Made by a program: the position numbers and the translations under genes
Shown here: positions 10,135-25,038 of the stretch, piece after piece
How the letters are laid out: the number at the start of each line of letters is the position of its first letter
How positions within the stretch are numbered: the stretch's first letter is position 1
Source of the DNA: Bacillota bacterium
Lineage (GTDB): Bacteria; Bacillota; Sulfobacillia; UBA3575; DUQP01
Reading direction: 5' to 3'
DNA length: 64,000 nucleotides
NCBI GenBank assembly: GCA_012837735.1
Contig: DUQP01000031.1
Span: 16,581-80,580 of the forward strand
Notes under the pieces: model-generated
What the model was told of the DNA's origin: nothing
What the model saw: the letters and a program-made list of their open reading frames with translations, nothing else
Databases searched by the model: none

Positions 10135-11193
10135 ATGGAAAGATACATCCTGGCGTTCCTGCTCTCCCTGGCCATCTCCTACCTGGTGACGCCCCTGGTC
10201 AGGTGGGTGGCCCTGCGCTGCGGCGTGGTGGACAAGCCCGGCGAGCGCAGCGCCCATACAGAACCAAAACCTCATCTGGGCGGAATCGCCATTTTCCTGG
10301 CCTTTACGGCCGCTGTGCTGTGGGCAGTGGGGGCGGGTACCCCGGCCATGCAGGGCCTCTTGTTGGGCGGCACATTGATCATGGTCGTGGGATTGGTGGA
10401 TGATCTATTTGGGTTGTCGCCGCGGCTCAAGCTCCTGGGGCAGGTGGCGGCGGCCATGGTTTTGGTCTTATTCGGCGTGCAAGTGGAGTTCTTGACGAAC
10501 CCGTTTGGCGGGCTGATCTGGCTCGGCTGGTGGTCGATCCCGTTCACCCTTTTGTGGGTGGTGGCGGTCACAAATGTGATGAACCTGATTGACGGGCTGG
10601 ATGGCCTGGCGGCCGGGATTGCCTCCATCGCCGCTCTGACGTTGCTGGTGGTGGCGGTGCAAGACAAGCAGGCGGTCACCATTTTGCTGACGGTGGCCTT
10701 GACGGGAGCCACGCTCGGCTTTTTGCCGCACAACTTCAACCCGGCCAAGATCTTCATGGGCGACACCGGTTCGTTGTTCCTCGGCTACGCGCTGGCGGCC
10801 GTATCCGTGCAGGGGACGCTGAAAAGCGCCACCGCCATCGCCCTGGTGGTACCCATTTTGGCGCTCGGGTTGCCGATTTTCGATACATTCTTTGCCATTG
10901 TGCGCCGGTTGCTGAACGGTCAGCCGATCTCGCAGGCGGACCGCGGTCACCTGCATCACCGGTTGCTGGCCCTGGGCCTCAGCCAGCGCCAGACTGTATT
11001 GGTGATGTATCTGGTCAGTGCTTGGCTCGGCCTGAGTGCGATCATCATCACGCATTTTGCCGCCTGGACAGGCTTGTTGTTTAGCGGCGGCGCCTTGTTG
11101 CTGGTGGTCCTCGGGGCGCGGCGCTATGGTGTTCTGGGACCCGGTCCGGGGAAGGTATTTCGTTTCCATAATCATAAGCAGATCAATCAGTGA
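10135..11193 (+). CDS. tagO: UDP-GlcNAc:undecaprenyl-phosphate GlcNAc-1-phosphate transferase (TagO/WecA, GT4 MraY family)
   Basis: MraY-like polytopic protein, motifs DDLxGL, NLIDGLDGLA, MGDTGS. Confidence 0.85.
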   Translation: MERYILAFLLSLAISYLVTPLVRWVALRCGVVDKPGERSAHTEPKPHLGGIAIFLAFTAAVLWAVGAGTPAMQGLLLGGTLIMVVGLVDDLFGLSPRLKLLGQVAAAMVLVLFGVQVEFLTNPFGGLIWLGWWSIPFTLLWVVAVTNVMNLIDGLDGLAAGIASIAALTLLVVAVQDKQAVTILLTVALTGATLGFLPHNFNPAKIFMGDTGSLFLGYALAAVSVQGTLKSATAIALVVPILALGLPIFDTFFAIVRRLLNGQPISQADRGHLHHRLLALGLSQRQTVLVMYLVSAWLGLSAIIITHFAAWTGLLFSGGALLLVVLGARRYGVLGPGPGKVFRFHNHKQINQ

Positions 11194-11252
11194 TGGCAGC
11201 GATGTGAAGCGCCCAACGGGCGCTTTTTGCCTTGTGTAAGGGGGTTATTGCC

Positions 11253-12425
11253 ATGTCTTGGAGAGTGCTGACGGTCTTCGGGGTGCGGCCGGAGGCAATC
11301 AAAATGGCCCCGGTGGTACTGGCGTTGCAGCGGGATCAAGATAATTTTATCACGCGCGTGGCTGTCACGGCGCAGCATCGCGAGATGCTGGACCAGGTTC
11401 TGGCCTGTTTCGGCATTGTGCCGGACTATGATCTCAATATCATGCAACCGCAACAATCGCTCACTGAGATCACGGTGCGCGCCCTGGCCGGCCTGGAGGG
11501 CGTCTTGCAGGCGGAACAGCCCGACCTGGTGTTGGTGCATGGTGATACCTCCACCACATTTGCGGCTGCCCTGGCCGCCTTCTATCAACAGGTGCGGATC
11601 GGGCACGTGGAGGCCGGTCTGCGCACGGGCGATAAATATGCGCCGTTTCCGGAGGAGATGAACCGGCGGCTGACGGGCGCGCTCTGTGATTTGCATTTCG
11701 CTCCCACCCAGACCGCCAAGACGAACCTGCGCCGCGAGGGCGTGCCGCCGGGGCAGATTTATGTGACTGGTAACACGGCCATCGATGCTTTGTTCCAGGT
11801 GGCGCGACCGGATTACCGGTTCCAGGAGCAGACGCTGGCCGGTTTGCCGTTTGACCGCTGCCGGGTGATTCTGGTCGATGCCCACCGGCGGGAGAACTTA
11901 GGCCGGCCAATGGTAGAGATTTGCCGGGCAGTGGCCGCTTTGCCAGCCATGGCACCCGATGTCCGGGTGGTGTTTTCAGTCCACCGCAACCCGCAGGTGA
12001 ACGAAGTGGCGCACCGGTACCTGGCCGGACGGGAGCGGATTCACTTGCTGGCCCCATTGGAGTATCCGGAGTGGGCAAATTTGATGGCCCGGGCCCATAT
12101 CATTTTAACCGATTCCGGCGGCATCCAGGAGGAAGCGCCAGCGCTTGGCACGCCGGTCCTGCTGTTGCGGGAGACGACGGAAAGGCCGGAGGCGATCAGC
12201 GCGGGTACGGTGCAATTGGTGGGGACAGACTACCGGGTGATCACGGCAGCGGTGCAGCGTTTGTTGACAGACGAAGTTGCTTATCGCCGCATGGCCGGTG
12301 CTGTCAACCCTTACGGCGATGGCCGGGCGGCGGAGCGGATCGTTGCCGCCCTGCACTATGAAATGGGGTTGCGCCCCACCCGGCCGCGGCCGTTTCGGGC
12401 AATAGTGCCGCAAGCCGCAAAGTAA
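11253..12425 (+). CDS. mnaA: UDP-N-acetylglucosamine 2-epimerase (non-hydrolysing)
   Basis: N-terminus VLTVFGVRPEAIKMAP, HGDTSTT and GGIQEE WecB/MnaA motifs; RBS AAGGGGG before ATG 11253. Confidence 0.9.
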   Translation: MSWRVLTVFGVRPEAIKMAPVVLALQRDQDNFITRVAVTAQHREMLDQVLACFGIVPDYDLNIMQPQQSLTEITVRALAGLEGVLQAEQPDLVLVHGDTSTTFAAALAAFYQQVRIGHVEAGLRTGDKYAPFPEEMNRRLTGALCDLHFAPTQTAKTNLRREGVPPGQIYVTGNTAIDALFQVARPDYRFQEQTLAGLPFDRCRVILVDAHRRENLGRPMVEICRAVAALPAMAPDVRVVFSVHRNPQVNEVAHRYLAGRERIHLLAPLEYPEWANLMARAHIILTDSGGIQEEAPALGTPVLLLRETTERPEAISAGTVQLVGTDYRVITAAVQRLLTDEVAYRRMAGAVNPYGDGRAAERIVAALHYEMGLRPTRPRPFRAIVPQAAK

Positions 12426-12635
12426 TTATTATTCACGGCAGGGATTTAGCCGGGGCTGTCGAAATGCACTACTTGTTGGCTGCTTAGGAGCCACAGACGC
12501 TGTATCGGTCTAGATTGCCGGTATTTTTCACCAAAAACAAAAGCAGGCAATCTTCTGATAATTCAGCCAGTGCTTGCTGTATTTTTATGCAATACATGAT
12601 TAGGTCAGACCCGGTTGTTCTTGCCCAATAGGGCT

Positions 12636-12661
12636 TTGCCCATCAGGCGAGATGCATAATT
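12636..12661 (+). promoter_or_regulatory. candidate atp operon promoter (extended -10 TGCATAAT, weak -35 TTGCCC)
   Basis: only an extended -10 is convincing; sits in a 256-nt spacer upstream of atpZ. Confidence 0.2.
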
Positions 12662-12681
12662 TTTAACCGGGGGGTGCAGCG

Positions 12682-12927
12682 ATGGCAGGTTCTGGTCCTC
12701 GCAAGGGACTGCAGTACTTCAGCCTGATGCTGTCATTCGGTGCCACGCTGGTGGTGGCCATGTATTTCGGTTACCGGGCCGGGCAATGGCTGGACGCCCG
12801 TTTTGGTACCGCGCCCTGGTTAGCCCTGGTGGGGATCATGATGGGGGTCACGGTTGGTTTTCGCCATTTGGTGCGGGAACTGCTGCGGGCCGAGAAACTG
12901 GACCGGGATAATGGCGGCGCACGGTAA
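12682..12927 (+). CDS. AtpZ/AtpI-family small membrane protein (ATPase_gene1)
   Basis: 81-aa two-TM protein immediately upstream of atpI/atpB, as in Bacillus atp operons. Confidence 0.65.
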   Translation: MAGSGPRKGLQYFSLMLSFGATLVVAMYFGYRAGQWLDARFGTAPWLALVGIMMGVTVGFRHLVRELLRAEKLDRDNGGAR

Positions 12928-12935
12928 GGGGGGCT

Positions 12936-13223
12936 TTGCCCTTGCGGTTTTTGGCAGGGCTGGTGATCGGTCTTGTGGCTGGCGGCATCAACCATTACCT
13001 GTTGTTACTGGCGGTGAAAAAAGCCGCTGCCGGGGGCAAGCCGGCTCAGCTGTTAGGCCGCTATCTCATGCGCTATTTGGTGGATTTCGCCGTGTTCGCC
13101 TGTGTTTACCTGCTCTTTCGTGATCCGCTGGCAATCGGCGGTACGCTGTTGGGACTGTTGACAGTGTTAGTGGTTGGCCTGTGGCTATATATCCGTCGGG
13201 AAAGGGGGGCAAATCTGGGATGA
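12936..13223 (+). CDS. atpI: ATP synthase protein I
   Basis: 95-aa hydrophobic protein directly upstream of atpB; TTG start. Confidence 0.6.
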   Translation: MPLRFLAGLVIGLVAGGINHYLLLLAVKKAAAGGKPAQLLGRYLMRYLVDFAVFACVYLLFRDPLAIGGTLLGLLTVLVVGLWLYIRRERGANLG

Positions 13224-13951
13224 GTTGGTATGAACTGGCCAGTGCCGCAGGGGAAAGTGGGCACAGCAGTGATTTGATTTTTGTTATCCCCGGCATCGGC
13301 CTGGAGGTCACAAGCGTAGTCACCACAATGTGGGTGATTATGGGACTATTGATTTTGCTGGGTTGGTTGACGACCCGCAGTATGCAGCGGCTGCCGGAAG
13401 GGCGCCTGCAAAACATTATGGAGATGGTCGTGGAAGCATTGCTTGGCCTCCTGGAACAGGTGATGGACCGCAAGCGGGCGGTTCAGTATCTGCCATTGCT
13501 GGGCAGTTTTTTCCTGTTTATCATTGTCTCGAATTATTCCGGACTGATCCCGGGTGCCGGTGAGATAAAAGGTTTCAAGGCTCCTACCAGTCACTGGGGT
13601 GTGACCGCCGGCCTGGCGATTGTCGTATTTGTGGCGGTGCAGTTGAACGGCATTCGCAAGAAGGGTTTAAAGTATTTTAAGCATTTCGCTGAACCTGTCA
13701 TGATGGCGCCGCTGATGATCCCGCTGAACATCCTGGAGGAAGTCGTGAAGCCGTTTTCACTCAGCCTCCGTCTCGCGGCGAATATTTATGGCGGTGAGGT
13801 AGTGCTAATGGGCCTCCTGATGGCCATACCGTATTTCTTACCGATTACGGTACTTGGCCTGGAGGTCGTTTTTGGTTTCATTCAGGCGTTTATCTTCACG
13901 GTGCTGGCAGCGGTTTATATCGGTAGTGCCACATCGGAGGAGTCCCACTAG
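13220..13951 (+). CDS. atpB: F0F1 ATP synthase subunit a
   Basis: conserved LSLRLAANIYGGE (essential Arg) and C-terminal helices; ATG 13220 after GAAAGGGGGG. Confidence 0.9.
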   Translation: MSWYELASAAGESGHSSDLIFVIPGIGLEVTSVVTTMWVIMGLLILLGWLTTRSMQRLPEGRLQNIMEMVVEALLGLLEQVMDRKRAVQYLPLLGSFFLFIIVSNYSGLIPGAGEIKGFKAPTSHWGVTAGLAIVVFVAVQLNGIRKKGLKYFKHFAEPVMMAPLMIPLNILEEVVKPFSLSLRLAANIYGGEVVLMGLLMAIPYFLPITVLGLEVVFGFIQAFIFTVLAAVYIGSATSEESH

Positions 13952-14058
13952 GGTAGCCGTTTGGGATGTCCACCGGATACCGGCCGGTGCTCTCAAATTC
14001 TATCAACCGGCAGCACGCCGGCATAAAGCAAGATTTGTGGTAGTCGAAAGGAGGGAAC

Positions 14059-14316
14059 GTGGCAATGGAGTTGGCAGCTGCACTTTTTGGTTTCGGGGCT
14101 TTGCTGGCAGTCGGTATTGCGGCTGTAGGGTCTGCTACGGGACAGGGGAGGACTGCGGCGGCGGCAATGGAGGCCATCGCCCGGAATCCTGAAGCTGGTG
14201 GCCGGATCTTTATCTCGATGTTGTTGGCTTTGGCCTTTATGGAGGCCCTGACCCTGTTCGTCTTCGCCCTCGTTTTTATTGTTCAAGGTTCGGTACTCGG
14301 CATCATTGGCGGTTAA
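14059..14316 (+). CDS. atpE: F0F1 ATP synthase subunit c
   Basis: hairpin proteolipid with GxGxGxG helix and RNPE loop (AIARNPEAGG), carboxylate helix MEALTLF. Confidence 0.9.
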   Translation: MAMELAAALFGFGALLAVGIAAVGSATGQGRTAAAAMEAIARNPEAGGRIFISMLLALAFMEALTLFVFALVFIVQGSVLGIIGG

Positions 14317-14415
14317 TTGACAGTTCTTTGACACCACGATACCTCGGGCGGTTGGGTCCAACCGCCTCGGGGTGTCTGGGGTGGGCCTACCGAACCGAAG
14401 GAGGGGAATGGCCAC

Positions 14416-14897
14416 ATGGAATTTTCCATGTATGAACTTATTTGGGCTATCATCAATTTCCTCATCTTCTTCGGCGTGATCCGCTTGGTGTTTTGGAAGC
14501 CGATCATTAAGATGTTGGAAGATCGGCGTCAGGCGGTAATCGAGAATATCGCCCGGGCCGAAGAAGCGAAAGCGGAAGCCGAGCGGCTGCGGCAGGAATA
14601 TGAACAGCAGCTACAGGCGGCCCGGGAGGAGTCGAAGGAGATTATCAATAAGGCCGTCAAGATGGCGGATGAAACCCGCGGTCGTCTGCTGAACGATGCG
14701 CGCGGGGAAGCGGACCGGATCATGGAACGGGCTCAGCGCAGCATTCGCGAAGAAAAGGACAAAGCGCTTGCTGAGCTACGTGAAGAGGTGGCGAGTCTGG
14801 CCGTGCTGGCGGCAGAACGAGTGATTGAAAAGGAAATCAACGAGGCCGACCACAAACACTTTGTGCGTCAGGTCATCGATGAGGTTGGGGAAGTACA

Positions 14898-14901
<4 letters not shown>
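14416..14901 (+). CDS. atpF: F0F1 ATP synthase subunit b
   Basis: single N-terminal TM then long charged coiled coil; RBS GAAGGAGGGG. Confidence 0.9.
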
Positions 14902-17014
<2,113 letters not shown>

Positions 17015-17066
17015 GGCAGTTAATAGCGCCGAAAGGTGGTGACAGAGGCCGTTGGCAGGAGCAGGA

Positions 17067-19373
<2,307 letters not shown>

Positions 19374-19374
<1 letters not shown>

Positions 19375-19781
19375 TGATGGCGGATGCGATGACGCTGGAG
19401 ATTATCACCCCGGAAAGAGTGGTCCTTAAAGAAGAGGTGGCCTCGGTAGTAGTACCTGGTACGGATGGGTATTTGGGTATTCTGCCGCACCACGCGGCGA
19501 TGATTGCCTCTTTGCGCATCGGTGTGGTGAAATACCGGCAGGGAGATAGATTCTATCCTTTGGCGATCGGCGGCGGTTTCTTTGAAGTAGTTGACAACCG
19601 GGCCGTGATCCTGGCCAATACGGCAGAGCGCCCGGAGGAGATCGACATTGGACGGGCGCAGGCGGCAGCGGAACGAGCGCGCCGGCGGTTGCAGGAGAGC
19701 AGCGATGAGACGGATGTGCAACGGGCGGAAGCAGCGCTGAAACGCGCTTTGAATCGCCTGCGGGTAGCGAAAGGCGAATAA
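19374..19781 (+). CDS. atpC: F0F1 ATP synthase subunit epsilon
   Basis: 135-aa beta-sandwich plus helical hairpin; TAATG overlap with atpD. Confidence 0.9.
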
Positions 19782-19795
19782 TTGTGTATAAGAGG

Positions 19796-19830
19796 AAAAA
19801 GCTCCGGGCATCTCGCCCGGGGCTTTTTTT
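19796..19830 (+). terminator. rho-independent terminator of the atp operon
   Basis: AAAAA-GCTCCGGGC-atctc-GCCCGGGGC-TTTTTTT. Confidence 0.8.
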
Positions 19831-19948
19831 GGCAAGAAAGGGCTGAGAGCTCAAAAGTAGGTTTGCCCCTGCGCAGTATACGAAGGCGCTGCTGGAAAAC
19901 AATAAAAACACCTACCGATTATCCACTCGCGCAAGGGGGAACTTATAA

Positions 19949-21202
<1,254 letters not shown>

Positions 21203-21262
21203 GACAAGACATACATAACCAACCGGGGTCCCCCATAGATTGTTACTGAGGGGGGACCCGTC

Positions 21263-22237
21263 TTGTGGCGTTTGCTAGGCTGGTTGGTGGTGTTGGTTTT
21301 TGTGCTGGTGATCGTCCTGCCGACGGTGGTGGTGCGCGGCTGCAGCATGGCGCCGGACAGAACGATAGATGAGGCCGGGTTAACGGTCCATCTCTGGCGC
21401 AGCGACCTGGGCTGTGTGCAAGAACTGCCGTTGGAAGAGTATGTGAAAGGGGTAGTGGCGGCGGAAATGCCGGCTGCTTTCCCTTTAGAGGCATTGAAGG
21501 CACAAGCGGTGGTGGCCCGCACTTACGTCATCCGCCGCTTGCGGATCCTGGGCGGTGCCGGTTGCCCGGAACACCCCCAGGCGGATATTAGCGATCAGCC
21601 CAGCGAGGGGCAGGCCTGGCTCAGCAAGGAGGCCCTGCGGGAGCGTTGGGGTGGCATGATCGCTTTTTACCGTTATTGGGGCAAGATTTCGGAAGCGGTG
21701 GAGAAAACTGCCGGTCTTTATTGCACTTACGACGGGCTGCCAGTGGATCCGGTCTACCATTCCACCTCCGGCGGCTACACGGAAAGCGCTGCTGCTGTCT
21801 GGGGGCGGGATGTGCCGTATCTGCAGGCCGTGGCATCACCCCATGAACAGGACTCGCCGCGCCTATTTGAGTCGGTGGAGTTTGCCTGGGAAGAACTGCG
21901 GCGGCGCTTGGGGATTCCGGCTGACGATGGCGACCCGACGGCACCGCTGGAGCTGCAAGTGCTTTCCCGCAGTGAGACAGGACGCGTGCTGGAGTTGCGG
22001 GTGGGAGAAGCGGAGTTCACCGGCACAGAGTTTCGCCGCTTGCTGGGCCTGAACTCCACCCTCTTTTCCTGGGAGGCAATCCCCGGCGGCCTGCGCATCT
22101 CCACCACCGGTTATGGCCATGGGGTGGGCATGTCCCAATATGGGGCGCGTGGCATGGCATTGCAGGGATACGATTTTCGTGCAATCATCGCCCATTATTA
22201 CCAGGGCGTGGCCATAGAGCCGTTGTTTAAAGATTAA
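21263..22237 (+). CDS. spoIID: stage II sporulation protein D (SpoIID/LytB lytic transglycosylase family)
   Basis: N-terminal TM; SpoIID domain motifs YVKGVVAAEMP, ALKAQAVVARTY, YHSTSGGYTE; TTG start; position after murA as in B. subtilis. Confidence 0.85.
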   Translation: MWRLLGWLVVLVFVLVIVLPTVVVRGCSMAPDRTIDEAGLTVHLWRSDLGCVQELPLEEYVKGVVAAEMPAAFPLEALKAQAVVARTYVIRRLRILGGAGCPEHPQADISDQPSEGQAWLSKEALRERWGGMIAFYRYWGKISEAVEKTAGLYCTYDGLPVDPVYHSTSGGYTESAAAVWGRDVPYLQAVASPHEQDSPRLFESVEFAWEELRRRLGIPADDGDPTAPLELQVLSRSETGRVLELRVGEAEFTGTEFRRLLGLNSTLFSWEAIPGGLRISTTGYGHGVGMSQYGARGMALQGYDFRAIIAHYYQGVAIEPLFKD

Positions 22238-22249
22238 ATGGCAGTAATT

Positions 22250-22280
22250 GCATAAATAGGCGGCGCATCCGGGCATAATA
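22250..22280 (+). promoter_or_regulatory. candidate forespore (sigma-F/sigma-G type) promoter: GCATA-16 nt-GGGCATAATA
   Basis: -10 GGGCATAATA fits sigma-F GGnnAnAhTR and sigma-G CATnnTA; -35 GCATA fits GhATR; lies in the 62-nt spoIID to spoIIQ-like spacer. Confidence 0.4.
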
Positions 22281-22299
22281 CCCCCCAGGGGTGATCTGG

Positions 22300-23040
22300 A
22301 TGCGATTGCATAGGAGTGGGTGGCGGTCGTTGCTTGCTGCCTTCGGGGCGCTTGTCATGTGGCTGCCGCGGCGCATCGGCGATACGGTGCGGGGAGTCGT
22401 CATGCATGGGTTGCCGGGCGGGCCGAAGTGGGCCATATTGGGTTTGGCGGTCTTCATTTTCGTTGCTGGGATAGCATTTTGGTGGACAGTCAACAACAGC
22501 CTGCCTGAGCCCCAACCGCAGGGCGCCGAGGTGAGCGGGGAGGAGGTAGCGCCTGAAATCCCGCTGGACGTGCCGCTGGAGCCGGAGGAACCGGTCGCCG
22601 AGCAGCCGGTGCTAGCAACACCGGAGCCAACCGTGCCTGTGCTCGGGGAACCGATCTGGCCGGTGGCAGGGGATGTGCAAGTGCCCTTTGGCTGGTATTT
22701 CTCGGACACATACCAGGATTGGCGGTTCAACCCGGGTTGGCAGATTGCGGCCGCTGCCGGGAGTGAGGTATGTGCAGTTTATCCCGGGCAAGTGATAACG
22801 GTGCAAGCGGACCCGCAAGTTGGGCAGCAAGTAATCGTTCAACATGCGCAAGATGCTGCGCTTTTGTATGGCGGGTTGCAGGCAGTGGCCCTCAATCCGG
22901 GGGATTTTGTCTCCGCCAGCGAACCCTTGGGTTGCCTGGCGGATGATCCATGGACCGGTCCCCACTTGCGGTTCCAATACCTGGTGGCTGGCCAACCGGA
23001 GGATCCACAGCTTTTGTTTCCCATCAGCTCTCAGGAGTAG
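22300..23040 (+). CDS. spoIIQ: SpoIIQ-like membrane protein with degenerate (non-catalytic) LytM/M23 domain
   Basis: N-terminal TM, Pro/Glu-rich linker, M23 fold with catalytic residues replaced (NPGWQ for HxGxD; PHLRFQ for PHLHFE); RBS GGGGTGA 6 nt before ATG 22300; position between spoIID and spoIIID. Confidence 0.6.
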   Translation: MRLHRSGWRSLLAAFGALVMWLPRRIGDTVRGVVMHGLPGGPKWAILGLAVFIFVAGIAFWWTVNNSLPEPQPQGAEVSGEEVAPEIPLDVPLEPEEPVAEQPVLATPEPTVPVLGEPIWPVAGDVQVPFGWYFSDTYQDWRFNPGWQIAAAAGSEVCAVYPGQVITVQADPQVGQQVIVQHAQDAALLYGGLQAVALNPGDFVSASEPLGCLADDPWTGPHLRFQYLVAGQPEDPQLLFPISSQE

Positions 23041-23052
23041 CGGATCAGTAAC

Positions 23053-23088
23053 CTCAGCCCCGGCCAAGCCGGGGCTGAGGTATTTTTG
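23053..23088 (+). terminator. rho-independent terminator
   Basis: 13-bp perfect stem CCTCAGCCCCGGC / GCCGGGGCTGAGG followed by TATTTTT. Confidence 0.8.
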
Positions 23089-23137
23089 TGTCCCCCCGGC
23101 ATATAAATAACCAACTTTGTATCCGGGGGGGCCACAC

Positions 23138-23389
23138 GTGAAGGACTACATCTGGGAACGGGTCCTGGAGGTGAGCAATCATATCGTAACCCATGGCGCC
23201 ACCGTACGAGACGCGGCCAGAGTATTTGATGTCAGCAAAAGCACAGTCCACAAAGATGTCACGGAACGGCTGCCCAGGATGAACCCGGCGCTGGCCAAGG
23301 AAGTGAAAGCGGTATTGGAGCGCAACAAGGCGGAACGCCATCTGCGGGGCGGGGAAGCCACCCGTCGCAAGTACAAGGGGGATGGCTAG
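23138..23389 (+). CDS. spoIIID: stage III sporulation protein D, DNA-binding regulator
   Basis: VSKSTVHKDVTERLPRMNPALAKEV...RHLRGGEATRRKYKG matches the SpoIIID HTH signature; GTG 23138 after GGGGGGG. Confidence 0.9.
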   Translation: MKDYIWERVLEVSNHIVTHGATVRDAARVFDVSKSTVHKDVTERLPRMNPALAKEVKAVLERNKAERHLRGGEATRRKYKGDG

Positions 23390-23477
23390 GAAATTATTAC
23401 CGCAAAAAAGGTTTCCAGCCCACCTGAGCGAACTTATTATGGCAAGCCTGGCCATTATTGGCAAAGGGGTGGGCGCT

Positions 23478-24500
23478 TTGTTTGGCCTCGACATGGACAT
23501 TGCGATTGATCTTGGTACCGCGAGCGTTCTGGTTTATGTGAAAGGAAAGGGGATCGTCATTCGGGAGCCCTCCGTGGTGGCGATCGAACGGGACAAAAAA
23601 CGGATCCTGGCGATCGGAGAGGAAGCCCGCCGGATGCTCGGTCGCACACCGGGGAACGTAGTGGCTCTGCGGCCGTTGCGGGAGGGCGTGATTGCCGATT
23701 ATGAATTGACTGAGGCAATGCTGAAGCACTTTTTGGCCCAGGTCAGCAATCGGCGCCGGTTCTTCCGTCCCCGGGTGATGGTCTGTGTGCCTTCCGGCGT
23801 CACGAGCGTGGAGAAGCGCGCTGTGATTGAGGCATGTGGACAAGCTGGTGCCAGGGAAACCTTTGTGATTGAAGAACCGTTGGCAGCCGCCCTGGGTGTG
23901 GGGATCGACATCACGGAACCGAGCGGTTCTATGTTGGTGGACATCGGCGGTGGTACCACCGATGTGGCGGTGCTGTCTTTGGGCGGGATCGTTGTCAGCG
24001 AATCGCTCCGGGTGGGCGGGGACCGCTTTGATGAGGCGCTTATGCGGTACGTGAAACGGGAGCACAATATGTTAATCGGGGAACGGACTGCAGAAGAGCT
24101 GAAGATCGAAATCGGCACTGCTTGCCCCGATGAGCGGGACGGCGAGATGGATGTGCGGGGCCGGGATTTGGTAACCGGTCTGCCCAAGACGATCACGGTC
24201 ACGGCGCGGGAAACGTTCCTGGGGATGTCGGAACCGATCATGGCGATTGTGGATGTGGTGAAACATGTGCTGGAGCGCACGCCCCCGGAACTGGCAGCGG
24301 ATATCGCTGACAAAGGGATAGTGATGACCGGTGGTGGTGCCAAATTGCACGGCTTCGACACGCTGTTGGCCCGGGCCACCAATACACCCACCCACTTGGC
24401 GGAAGATCCTCTGACCTGTGTCGTGCTGGGCGCAGGGCGGGCTTTAGAGAACTATGAGACACTGCAGGACCACGTCGTAGTGTTGAAAAAGGTGATGTAA
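23478..24500 (+). CDS. mreB: rod shape-determining protein MreB/Mbl
   Basis: MFGLDMDIAIDLGTASVLVYVKGKGIVIREPSVVAI actin-fold N-terminus; TTG 23478 after GGGGTGGG (in-frame ATG 23439 and GTG 23469 are alternatives). Confidence 0.88.
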   Translation: MFGLDMDIAIDLGTASVLVYVKGKGIVIREPSVVAIERDKKRILAIGEEARRMLGRTPGNVVALRPLREGVIADYELTEAMLKHFLAQVSNRRRFFRPRVMVCVPSGVTSVEKRAVIEACGQAGARETFVIEEPLAAALGVGIDITEPSGSMLVDIGGGTTDVAVLSLGGIVVSESLRVGGDRFDEALMRYVKREHNMLIGERTAEELKIEIGTACPDERDGEMDVRGRDLVTGLPKTITVTARETFLGMSEPIMAIVDVVKHVLERTPPELAADIADKGIVMTGGGAKLHGFDTLLARATNTPTHLAEDPLTCVVLGAGRALENYETLQDHVVVLKKVM

Positions 24501-24584
24501 ACTGGTGGACTTTAATCAGCCCCGGGGCGGCTGTGTCGTCCTGGGGCTGACGCATTTCCGGAGTGCTGATCAGGTGGTGAGACT

Positions 24585-25019
24585 ATGTTGGAAAGCAAAG
24601 ACATAATGGCGATTATTCCTCATCGGGCACCGTTTTTGTTAGTGGATCGGATCATGGAGTTGCAACCCGGACAGCGGGCGGTAGGCAGTAAAGCGGTGAG
24701 CGGCAACGAACCATACTTCGCAGGGCACTTCCCGGGGCAGCCGGTGATGCCCGGCGTGCTAATCATCGAGGCGCTGGCACAGGTTGGGGCCGTGGCCATC
24801 CTGGCTATACCGGAAAACCGCGGCCGGCTGGCCCTGTTTGCCGGCATCGACAAAGCCCGTTTCCGGCGCCCGGTGTATCCGGGGGACGTATTGCGGTTGG
24901 AAGTGGAGATCGGCCAGACGCGCGGGGCGATTGGGAAAGGAGAGGCAAAGGCCTTTGTCGGGCAAGAGTTGGTGGCCAGTGCCGTTCTGACCTACGCTTT
25001 AGTGGCTGGACAAGCTTAA
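24585..25019 (+). CDS. fabZ: 3-hydroxyacyl-ACP dehydratase FabZ
   Basis: [17 protein letters not shown]...[20 protein letters not shown] hot-dog fold motifs. Confidence 0.9.
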   Translation: MLESKDIMAIIPHRAPFLLVDRIMELQPGQRAVGSKAVSGNEPYFAGHFPGQPVMPGVLIIEALAQVGAVAILAIPENRGRLALFAGIDKARFRRPVYPGDVLRLEVEIGQTRGAIGKGEAKAFVGQELVASAVLTYALVAGQA

Positions 25020-25038
25020 CCAGGGAGGAGGACCAGGA

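Noticed and set aside
12426-12681. Riboswitch or small RNA in the 256-nt spacer upstream of the atp operon
   Set aside because: No conserved riboswitch core motifs; only a weak extended -10 promoter could be argued.
23090-23137. sigma-E promoter for spoIIID (CATATAAAT with TATTT 13 nt upstream)
   Set aside because: The -10 is one mismatch from CATACA-T but the -35 is poor and overlaps the preceding terminator U-tract. Too weak to annotate without TSS data.
24501-25038. SAM-I (S-box) riboswitch upstream of metK
   Set aside because: metK starts 19 nt after fabZ and the mreB-fabZ spacer is only 84 nt with a simple hairpin. There is no room for and no motifs of an S-box.
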